This document shows, one piece after another, positions 1 to 9,091 of a stretch of 20,000 nt of DNA. How positions within the stretch are numbered: the stretch's first letter is position 1; each line of letters begins with the position of its first letter. The notes under the pieces are model-generated. The model was not told the DNA's origin, ran no database searches, and saw only the letters and a list, made by a program, of their open reading frames with translations. Source of the DNA: Coniocarpon cinnabarinum (taxonomy: Eukaryota); the NCBI GenBank assembly GCA_051942205.1, contig JAVECO010000122.1:51573-71572 (forward strand). The letters run 5' to 3'. Both the position numbers and the translations under genes were made by a program.

Positions 1-818
1 ACTTCGCGAGCAACACGCTCTTGATGTTTCAGAACGATAACGACCATGTCTATGTGGTCTTTGACAGTAAGTCCCCGTGATGGCGGCCCTCCGACAGACC
101 TCAACCCGAAATCTCGCAGTGGGAGTGGGAGCAGCAAGAGCTGACCGCTTAACTCAATAGGCAAGGGCCCAGGCCAGCTCACGTACAACTGGACCGTCGG
201 CTTCCCCAACCGCGAACCAAGCTTACCCAATATCTACTTCTTCCGCATGACCACGCCGAGCGACTCCAGTCAAGTATTCAGTTCACATTACTTCAACATC
301 ACCGGCGACGCACCTCCGCAAGCGAACGACTCCTCGGATGATGGCAATCAAGGAGCCAGTAGCAGCACAAACAGCCACAACGATCAAAATGGTAATTCCA
401 CGAGTGGAGCAGGAGGGAACAACGGCTCCAACGATTCGTCCAGTGGCCTCAGCAGTGGCGCCAAGGCGGGCATCGGCGTCGGCGTCGCAGTCGGAGCTGT
501 AGCCATTATTGCCCTCGCAGGCGCCATGTACTGGGTAAGCGATGGAGATCCCCGAAAGCTTGCGGAACGCACAATACTGACTGCACCTCCCAGTACAAGA
601 AGAAGGCGAGTCGCGTACATCACGAAAACAACCTGGGCATGGCGGGTTTCTTCGGCGATCGCAAGACCGGATCTGTTGGCAGTGGGGCGACCAGCGACCA
701 GTTGCCGCAATACCACGCCCCGCCTGCAGAAATGGACAATTCGGGTGCGAAGACAGAAATGGCGGATACGTCCGTGCCGAAGAGGGATACGACAGCGCCG
801 ACGGAGATGCCGGCGTAG
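1..818 (+). CDS. 5'-truncated Mid2/Wsc-like single-pass membrane protein (Ser/Gly/Asn-rich stalk, one TM helix, short cytoplasmic tail); exons <1-66, 161-534, 594-818
   Basis: Introns 67-160 (GTAAGT...GCTGAC...TAG) and 535-593 (GTAAGC...ACTGAC...CAG) join into one open frame: FASNTLLMFQNDNDHVYVVFD-S-KGPGQLTYNWTV...FSSHYFNIT, S/N/G-rich linker, GLSSGAKAGIGVGVAVGAVAIIALAGAMYW|YKKKASR (typical fungal TM motif with a basic stop-transfer), tail ending TEMPA*, TAG at 816-818. The Arg-rich tail in the ORF track is intron read-through. Confidence 0.8.
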
Positions 819-961
819 ACGTAGATGGGGAGAAAAAGAGGGGGGCTATTTGTACGCTTTGGAATGTTGCAAAAAAGGAAGCCGAGTATTTGAATATGAG
901 ATGAACACGCAGAGCGATCCCACGCTTTTCGATTCGATTCATCGCGCATATTAGTCATGTT

Positions 962-2455
962 TCATTCGTCGTGGTGAGATCTGAAACACATAGACGCGTT
1001 GGTGCCCCCAAAGCCGAAGCTATTTGTAAGCGCGATGGAGGGTTTCTCATCTAATCGCGCTGCAGTCACGTAGTCCAGATCCCAACCTTGCACTCCGGTT
1101 CCACCCTGGTCAATACCAGCTTCCGGATCATTGTTCACAGAGGGTCCCGGTGACTCGAGATTGAGAGTGGGAGGTATCCCTCCATGGTGCATTGACAGCA
1201 ATGTGAATATCGCTTCGACAGCTCCTGCCGCTCCGAGCAGGTGACCTGTAGCGCCTTTCGTACTACTGACTGGGACACGGGGCCGGTCGTGGGACATTGC
1301 TTGCAAGATATCGCTGATTGCGCGGTTCTCGGCGGCGTCGCCTACGCTTGTACCTGTCGCGTGAGCATTGATATACTCCAAGAAGTCAGGAGACCCGGGT
1401 CCAGCATCCTCTTGGTCTTCTTGCGGCAATTTGAGATGAAGTGACCGTTTCAAACCGTGCAGGGCGCGCTCCATGGCCAGGCGCGCACCTTTGCCGTCTC
1501 CAGGCGGTGCCGTCATGTGACTCGCATCGCAACTCATGCCTGCGCCGACAAGCTCTCCATAGATCGTAGCCCCCCTCTCTAACGCTCTTTCGCGCTCTTC
1601 AAGAACGACTACGCCTGCGCCCTCGCCAATCACGAAACCATCGCGTTGACGGTCGAATGGCCTCGACGCCCTTTCAGGGTTGTCATTGTAACTCGTGCTG
1701 AGGCTTCTTGCTCTGCCGAAGCCGCTGATTGCGAGCGGATAGACACACGCTTCGCTCGCGCCGGCTACCACGACATCAGTCATGTTTCCTGCTCCGAAAC
1801 CGTCAATTGCAGGATTTTGTATAAGCTGGGCGCCCTCGATGATGGCGTGTAACCCTGTCGTACACGCCGTGGTGGGTGCCAGATTTGCGCCCTGGAAACC
1901 ATGTCGCATGGCGATATGGCCAGCAGCCATGTTGATCAACAAGCGTGGCACATAAAGAGGTCGCGTCTTATGATGACCGTGTCTCTCAAACGCAACGCTC
2001 GTGTCGTGCTGATCCTCGAGGTTTCCAATTCCCGATCCGATAACGACCGCAGCACTTTCTCTTACAAATTGTGACATTCGTGTCATGACGTCCGAGTCTT
2101 TCAGGGCTTCTTCAGCTGCAGCGACTGCATACTGCGAGAAGAGCGCCATGTTGCGCTCGTCATCCTTGGAGAGGTGGTCGCGAGGGTCCCAGCCTCCATG
2201 CTGGATTGATCCTCGCGGGACGGTACCGGCGACGCGGGAGGGGAGCGTGTCGAACGCTGAGGGTTTATCGCTTACTGTTGAGCGAATGCCTGTGTGGCCG
2301 GCTAAGAGTCGTGGCCAGGCATGCTTGACACCTAATCGAGTTCCATCAGAGGTGATTCACGTTTCGAGGACTCGAGTGGCTTGCTACTCACCAACTCCCA
2401 GAGGTGCGACCAGTCCAACGCCAGTGACGACGACCCGACGAAGCGCGGTACGCAT
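962..2455 (-). CDS. CEM1: Mitochondrial 3-oxoacyl-[ACP] synthase (FabF/KAS-II type); exons 2455-2392 and 2331-962
   Basis: MRTALRRVVVTGVGLVAPLGVG N-terminus joined through a 60-nt intron (2391-2332, GTGAGT...CTGAT...TAG) to the 395-aa ORF. Catalytic Cys-His-His motifs TTACTTG, NAHATGT and KGATGHLLGAAG, plus RPFDRQRDGFVIGEGAG and TNSFGFGGTN. An alternative in-frame ATG lies at 2497. Confidence 0.95.
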
Positions 2456-2822
2456 GTCATTGTCGTGCTTGAAGATGAAACTGCTGGTTGAATGCATGTG
2501 AATGACTATTCAGATGTGAAACAGCAGTCCGTGCACTGTCGGGATATCTCCGGCCGACAGGTTTTATATCGATTCTTAGTCGTACTCGCTCTTCCCTGAC
2601 TAACCTTCTCTACAAAACCACCAACTTCTCAACCCTCTTCATAAGTGGTTCAGCCAAAAAATTGAGCACGGAAAGAGTCTGCTGGCATACCAATTTCCGA
2701 CATACCTGCTGTTTACCACAGCCCCTGATTGCCAGCTGCGCTGCAATCCCAACAGAACTAATAGACTCAAGCTTTGCCACTCTTGGGACTTCTTATGCAA
2801 GATTCAGCAAACAACCATCAAT

Positions 2823-4670
2823 ATGGTCGAAACAGATGATGAAGCCGCCGAGGAGCTCTCCTCCATCCAGGCCATCTTCCCAGAACTCGTGCAAGACTCG
2901 GCAAACCCCCGCCATGCTTGTCTCGACCTCGAAGTCTGCCCGTCTACACCTATTGAAATCACATTTAAATCGACATTTGACCTAGACTCAGTAAAGTCTA
3001 TCACGATTCACGACCAAGCACAAGATACCCACGACGAAGGCAACGAACCTCATGATAACGGAACGGAAATTGCCCAGCCTCATAAATTTACTCATCTTCC
3101 TGCATTGCATGTTGACATAGAACTTCCTCCAGGCTATCCTGAAGGTGCACCTCCTGTTTTTCGACTCAGCTCTCAGCACGATTGGATCCCCTCCGCAGTC
3201 TTGAATGACCTCCAGGCCAAAGCTTCAGAGCTTTGGGAAGAATACGGCCATGCTCAGGTCGTCTTCGCCTACATTGACTTTCTCCAGACGTCCATCGAGT
3301 CGTCTTCCTTCCGGTCTTCGCCACCCCTAACACTTTCAACGACGCTGGAGAACGTCTTACTCACTCATCAGAACCAAGCTCTTGACGCCAAGTTTGCTGC
3401 TCAAATCTACGATTGTGGCGTCTGCCTCTACCCGAAAAAGGGCTCATCTTGCCATGCAATGCGTGGGTGCGGTCACGTGTTCTGCAAGGAATGTCTACAA
3501 GACTTTTACAACAACGCTATTACCGAGGGCTCTGTAGAGACGGTCCAATGCCTGGATCCAGATTGCGGCAAGGATATCAAGTTGCGCCCGAAGCCGGTGC
3601 ATCCGACGGAACTTCTTGACATCGGCATTGTTCGCGAACAAGTTCAACGTCATGTTGATCTCAAGCTGAAGAAAATGCTTGACATTGACAAGAGTATCGT
3701 CTTCTGTCCTCGCCAGTGGTGTCAAGGTCCTGCACAATCTGCCAAATACAAAGCCTACGACACTAAAGATCTTGAGCACTGGCCAGAAGAGGACCTGGAC
3801 AGCACTGCCGCCGTCGCCGAAGACACAGTTGCGTCTAAAGACTCTCTCACAGCGAAAGAAAAACGCCAGGCTGAACTGAGTGACCGCCTTCGCATCTGTT
3901 CCAAATGCAGCTATGCCTTCTGTCAAACCTGCAACAAGTCCTGGCACGGCGACTACGTCTCCTGCGTCCCACCACGAGCACCCGGCTCCGAAGACCTCAG
4001 CGCCGAAGACAAGGCCTCCCTAGAGTTCATTCGCTTGAACACCTCACCATGCCCCTCATGCTCGACACCAACACAGAAGCAAATGGGTTGCAATCACATG
4101 ATCTGCGGACAATGTGAGACGCATTTCTGCTATCTCTGCAGCTCTTGGCTTAACCCGGGTAATCCATACGAACACTTCAACAACCGCAAGTCAAGCTGTC
4201 ACATGCGGCTCTTTGAGCTCGAAGAAGGTGACCAAGGACAAGGCGGTGCCGTCTTCGCTGGTGTTCGAGCAGCGGAACAAGCATACCTTGACGAAGTTAT
4301 TGCGGCTGCCGTCGCGGAGGAGGATGACGAAGACGAACCCGTGCTTCTCCCGGCCCAAGCCGCTCCCCTCCACCCCGTCGCTCCTCCGCCTAACAATCGC
4401 GCGCACGCCAACCGCGGCGCTGGCCGTCGCAACCGCGCTCGTCGACACATGGGAGACCGTGAGACGCGTAACGGAGCCAATAATCGCGCCAACAACCGCG
4501 CCGCCAATCATGCCGCTGATGATGCGCTTCCACTCCAGCTCAACGACGACGCTATCGATCGTGAGGCACTGCAGCGTTTTCTCGTCATGGCCGCGGCGGA
4601 TGAAGAAGATGGCTGGGATAGTGACGAGTTGGAGATGCATGTGCCTGTGGGACGGCGGGTGGCTGTGTGA
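2823..4670 (+). CDS. ITT1: RWD-domain RBR (RING1-IBR-RING2) E3 ubiquitin ligase, ITT1/RNF14 type, 615 aa, intronless
   Basis: RWD signatures EELSSIQAIFPEL and LPPGYPEGAPP; RING1 CGVC...CGHVFCKEC...CLDPDC; IBR FCPRQWC...CSKCSYAFCQTCNKSWHG; RING2 PCPSC...KQMGCNHMICGQCETHFCYLC with the catalytic Cys; acidic C-terminal DEEDGWDSDEL. Confidence 0.9.
   Translation: MVETDDEAAEELSSIQAIFPELVQDSANPRHACLDLEVCPSTPIEITFKSTFDLDSVKSITIHDQAQDTHDEGNEPHDNGTEIAQPHKFTHLPALHVDIELPPGYPEGAPPVFRLSSQHDWIPSAVLNDLQAKASELWEEYGHAQVVFAYIDFLQTSIESSSFRSSPPLTLSTTLENVLLTHQNQALDAKFAAQIYDCGVCLYPKKGSSCHAMRGCGHVFCKECLQDFYNNAITEGSVETVQCLDPDCGKDIKLRPKPVHPTELLDIGIVREQVQRHVDLKLKKMLDIDKSIVFCPRQWCQGPAQSAKYKAYDTKDLEHWPEEDLDSTAAVAEDTVASKDSLTAKEKRQAELSDRLRICSKCSYAFCQTCNKSWHGDYVSCVPPRAPGSEDLSAEDKASLEFIRLNTSPCPSCSTPTQKQMGCNHMICGQCETHFCYLCSSWLNPGNPYEHFNNRKSSCHMRLFELEEGDQGQGGAVFAGVRAAEQAYLDEVIAAAVAEEDDEDEPVLLPAQAAPLHPVAPPPNNRAHANRGAGRRNRARRHMGDRETRNGANNRANNRAANHAADDALPLQLNDDAIDREALQRFLVMAAADEEDGWDSDELEMHVPVGRRVAV
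4474..4517 (+). repeat. Short coding tandem repeat (ANNR-ANNR-AANH-AA) in the disordered tail of the RBR ligase
   Basis: gccaataatcgc gccaacaaccgc gccgccaatcat gccgct: imperfect 12-nt units. Confidence 0.5.
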
Positions 4671-5323
4671 TGAGGCGACGCTTAAAAGCTTGCCGGCGGG
4701 GCTTGTGTCCTATATACCTACCAGTACGAAGATATTGAATCGATGCATTCACCCAAATATTGCCGTACTTGTTGAGTGGCTCCGCTCTCCGCTTTTCATT
4801 TGCCCTTCTCGCTAAGGGTAGAGTTGAATCAATGATACAATTTAGAAATCCGAGCTTTAATCAGGTTTGGACGAAACAATTATCAGGTCGGGTGTCTATG
4901 CTTTCCAGTCGTGAATGGCAATGCGTTATGGAATCCTATGAACTTAGGACCATCATACTCTCATACAGCGAGACCTAACAAAATCGGAAAAGAATTCGTC
5001 CATCGTACACAATGCTACAAATTTGATCTGCGCTACAAGCCAACATTACAAAGCCGTATCAATCGCGGTATGAAAATTTAAAAAGGCTCGCTTGCCAATT
5101 GTTCAAATTGATCTATTTGCATATGCTCACAGGGGTATCTGATCTACATCCAGCTCATCCAAGACTATACAACATACAAGCTAGCCTGATCATCCTCACG
5201 CGAGGCCACTAATACTGTACAGCTTTTCCCTTCATATTTGTACATAGTAACGCTCTTCTGTGACGCTCTCCCACAACGCGTGCAGAATCCCGAAGCAAAC
5301 GTTCCTTTCGCGCAAGCAGCCCT

Positions 5324-6592
5324 TCAAAACAGCAACGGCCACCGCCGCATAAAAGCCGCCACGTTGTCCCACCTCCTCAACTCCTCCAGATACTGAGTCA
5401 CCGTCCCTAGCACCACTCCCGCACCGTCATTCTCCTCATGCATTCTGGCGCGACCCTTGAACTCCGGCACCTCGACCAGATTGAACGCTTGTTTCCTTGC
5501 CTTCCTCGCCGAATCATCGATCAACACCGTATTTCCCACGCCCCAACTCCACCCGCTCGCCGTCCAGGGATGGCGCGCTTGCAGACCGCGATCATACCAC
5601 ACTTGGTCCAAATCCTTGACGGTGTCAACTTTCCGATTGTAGTCCCGTGCTGATAAGCCGAAAGTGTCGCGCCCCCAACTGGCCGCCAATTTCGGACGCC
5701 ACGTCACGTCCGTTAGAATACTATCAAGCATGTGCTCCAAAGACGGCGGAGTGGCGGTAGTCCAAAACATAACGACGTGGTTGGCGAAGCAGTAGTCGAG
5801 AAAATGACGCAAGCCGGGGCGGTGAGAGACTGATTTCTTGTTGGAGCCGTGGCGATCCAGAAGGGTGCCGTTGAGATCCAAGACGATGAGGAGAGGTTGA
5901 CGGACCGGAAGGAGGGTCGGGGCGGGATTGGTGAGGGCGAGGTAGGCAGTGGCGTAGTTTTTTTCGGGACCTTCGAAGGCTTGGGAGGGATTCGAGGTCT
6001 GAGGCCAGGCGAGTGTGGGTTGTTGGTGTTGGAATTGCGCTTGGGGTGGTACGCAGTGGAATGGTTGCGTTGGCTGTTTTGGCTGCGTTGGCGGGGCTGG
6101 TTGAAATGGGTGGAATGGCTGGGCTTGAGGGTTGAAGAATGGTTGAGGTTGGGATTGCGCTTGCCATTGGCCATATGGCTGCGGTGGCCCGACTTGATTC
6201 ATCAACACATTGTGGTAGAAGTTCGGGTCGACATTAGGCGGGGCAAAAGTGAGGTTCTGTCGGTTGTTCTGATATGCAGCGTCCTGGCCCATGAAGCCGT
6301 TTGGGCCATTGTGTCTCCCCGGATGATGCCATTGGTGTTGAGACCAGCCATATGACGGATCCATCGTTGAGCCTTCCTCTTCTGTTATGTCTGCCGCGTT
6401 GTTTGTTGTTTTTTCTTGCAAACGCGAAGATTCATCGTGTGTAGACTTTTTTGCATGTGATGCCTTCTTGCGATGTCGCTTACGCTTGCCCTTTGCAGGT
6501 TTGCTGGGCTCGCCCTCTGGTAGGCATTCTTTCAAATCTGCCACGTCAAAAGCCGCCACATTTGAGTCTTGCCTGTCACCTTTCGAGCTCAT
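5324..6592 (-). CDS. FCP1/SCP (NIF) homology HAD-family phosphatase-like protein with a Q/P-rich low-complexity N-terminal half
   Basis: C-terminal LLIVLDLNGTLLDR...RPGLRHFLDYCFANHVVMFWTTA...KDLDQVW...NTVLIDDSARKA matches the NIF/FCP1 fold. A basic NLS-like KGKRKRHRKK and PQ-rich repeats lie upstream. Start is uncertain: MSSKGD at 6592 is preferred, but the frame is open to about 6742. Confidence 0.85.
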   Translation of the reverse strand: MSSKGDRQDSNVAAFDVADLKECLPEGEPSKPAKGKRKRHRKKASHAKKSTHDESSRLQEKTTNNAADITEEEGSTMDPSYGWSQHQWHHPGRHNGPNGFMGQDAAYQNNRQNLTFAPPNVDPNFYHNVLMNQVGPPQPYGQWQAQSQPQPFFNPQAQPFHPFQPAPPTQPKQPTQPFHCVPPQAQFQHQQPTLAWPQTSNPSQAFEGPEKNYATAYLALTNPAPTLLPVRQPLLIVLDLNGTLLDRHGSNKKSVSHRPGLRHFLDYCFANHVVMFWTTATPPSLEHMLDSILTDVTWRPKLAASWGRDTFGLSARDYNRKVDTVKDLDQVWYDRGLQARHPWTASGWSWGVGNTVLIDDSARKARKQAFNLVEVPEFKGRARMHEENDGAGVVLGTVTQYLEELRRWDNVAAFMRRWPLLF

Positions 6593-7295
6593 CGATCGGA
6601 TGAATGGGTTGAGTAGGTCACCGGTTGTGCGTGTGGAGCGTGAACGTAGGATGTGCGTGAAAGGTTTGTGGATGTGGGAGCTGCAAGTTGCGGAACGCAA
6701 CGAGTCTAGACGCATATATTTTTGTAGCCATTGTGGCATCAAACGAGGTGCCTTATGGGGTGTGGCGAAGTTCAGGTAGTTGCCAATTTTTTTTTAGCAA
6801 AAGTGATTGAATGCCAAGACCTTCGGTGGCGTCGAAACGCTAGCCTTTTTCAGTTCTCCCAGCTTCTTGTCTTACCTATCACTCGTCCGCTGGTGTATTT
6901 GTGTCAGGCACATTCTGAAGATGATGCTGACTCACTCATACCCATGTTAACATCATTGATGTGCTGAACAGCTGAGCCATAGCTCATGCGTGAGCTAATG
7001 AAGCGATCAGTGGTTCGTTTTGTGAGCCGCCAACCAGGCGGCGCTTGCCAACAGCATGCTTTCTTCCTGCTAGCTGCATGAGCTTGACGCGCAAGAAAAC
7101 AACATGCATATGCGCTAATGCAGAATGCCATCAAGCATGACATTGAGGACTGTTCTTCGCCGTAAGCCTCGTTCATTTGTCAAGCAGAGGTCACCTTCAT
7201 CAACCTTCACAGTCTCCTCTTCCAATGACGTTACCTATACCGATTTCATCGTCCATTGATGATAACAAGCTAGTTGACGAAGGCGAAGATTCCCA

Positions 7296-8312
7296 ATGTC
7301 ACTAACTCATGACAAGATCTGGCCAACAGCCTCCACGTGGCTGATGAAAGATACAGCCGAGTTTTTTGGTATAGATAAAGAAAATGCAGAGGCGATTACA
7401 GACACTGCCGGGGACTGGTGGCTTAAAGAAGTAGACCCTGACAATCCATATTACATGACACTAGGGAAGGAGGATCCTCTATCGCAGAAAGAACAATCGG
7501 CACAAAAGATCATCGAGAAGCTCCGCAAACACGATGTTCTGCAGCCTGATCTGCAGTCACATATTAACGAGCCTAATACTATTCGGGATGCTCTTCGAGG
7601 TGTTCTTTATCGCAGCATTGTGCGCGTGAAGAAAAAGCGACTAAAAATCAGCAAACCTGCACCAGAGCATCGCTCAAAATCACAGGGAAACCAACAAATT
7701 GCTAATCCCCATGAACGAGATTCTTCAAAACCGCAACAGGACCCAGAGCGAGTATTGCAGCAGGAAGACGCTCACGTTAGAGGGAAGAGTCACCTATCCA
7801 CGTCCGATGATTCCTCTGATGGACCTCCCATTTCTTACCGTCGTGTAAGGCACAAAATTAGCTCTGATTCCACAGATTCATCGAGCAAGCAAGCTGGAAA
7901 GCGAAAGCACAGTTCCCCAACTTCTGACGCGCCTAGCAAGCGAGTAAAATCGCGCAGCAGCAGTGGCGTTGATGATGTTAGCAAAGAATCCGTCGAGGCT
8001 GCGACAAGGGCGGTGTTGCGCAGATCTGAACTTCGCAAAGACACATCAGCTGGCTCATCCTTGAGAATTAAGGCCTGTTCATCAAAGACGACTCCGCAAC
8101 CATCAGAACCACGAAGTTATGGACGAGATAACGGTGGCCAGCTAGACATATTTGCCATCCTCAAGCGTACGAAAGCCTTGCAAGAGATGCTCGAAGCTAT
8201 ACGCGAAGATTTCGGCGAGTCGAATATGTGGCACATTCATGACCATGTAGTTGGCGCGATTCGAGAAGGAAAAGTCGGCGAACGCAATGCTGTGACAAAG
8301 GACTTGAAGTAG
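7296..8312 (+). CDS. Uncharacterised 338-aa probable nuclear protein (copy A): unknown N-terminal domain, disordered Ser/Lys-rich middle, C-terminal module shared with the neighbouring genes
   Basis: Single 1017-nt ATG-TAG ORF; basic clusters RVKKKRLK and KRKH...KRVK; three sequence blocks shared with the 9092-10108 protein. Confidence 0.8.
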   Translation: MSLTHDKIWPTASTWLMKDTAEFFGIDKENAEAITDTAGDWWLKEVDPDNPYYMTLGKEDPLSQKEQSAQKIIEKLRKHDVLQPDLQSHINEPNTIRDALRGVLYRSIVRVKKKRLKISKPAPEHRSKSQGNQQIANPHERDSSKPQQDPERVLQQEDAHVRGKSHLSTSDDSSDGPPISYRRVRHKISSDSTDSSSKQAGKRKHSSPTSDAPSKRVKSRSSSGVDDVSKESVEAATRAVLRRSELRKDTSAGSSLRIKACSSKTTPQPSEPRSYGRDNGGQLDIFAILKRTKALQEMLEAIREDFGESNMWHIHDHVVGAIREGKVGERNAVTKDLK

Positions 8313-9091
8313 AGCAAGAAGAGCTCAAAAGCAGATAGATGGTCTGAGCTGATTTTCTATCAGTGGAAACCCATATTTTCCAACTAGGCTTCCGATGGAG
8401 TTCGGGCCAGGCAGGATGAGCATCCGAGAAGCGATTGATGCGGCAGCATCACAACGCGATGACATCTTCGCTGTGGAAAGTGACAATATTGTCCGATTCT
8501 CCCTAAGCTAGTGCTCGCACACAGCAAGCAAGCATATCATAAGGCGTAAGGGGCTACACTATCATATCAAAGACTTTGTAACCCGAACTCGCTGAAATTC
8601 GGAAACGAGATGTGCAGCAATGTCACGTGACTTTTAATTGCAAGCTTGTTTTAGATCATACTACGGTCAGTACTTCCTTGCTTTATCTCCAACCTCTGAA
8701 GGACTGCGTTTCCTCTGCTTCGTCGCTTGTCCGGCAAAACCCGCGCGATGCACAGCTTGCGAGCGTCGCCAACAGCTTGTTCCCGCTCAGTGTATGACTC
8801 ATCCAGCGCGATAGGAGCGATAAGTGATATGACTTCGTGCATGCATCAACAGGGGCCACCTTGGAAGTGAAGAGAGCTGGGATGTAGACTGCACCTTACC
8901 CCTGCCATCCCTTTTTTGAGAAGCTACGCGAGGCCGACGCGCGTGGCGTCATCAGTAAGCAAGCGCGTTCATGCACTCTGACTTTCACCACACCATCAGA
9001 AGTCGCTCCCTGAAGTAGATTCAATTGATCTCTCAAATTACGTTTCGCCCAACATTCCGTCAGCGCATAAGAAACAGCGTTTTCAATCAAC

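Noticed and set aside
247..954. 235-aa ORF with an Arg-rich C-terminus as given in the ORF track
   Set aside because: It reads through intron 535-593; the spliced frame ends at 818.
8395..8511. Short ORF MEFGPGRMSIREAI... echoing the FG-x3-M pattern as a possible fourth module copy
   Set aside because: Only F, G and M match; the upstream amphipathic helix is absent and no nucleotide similarity was seen.
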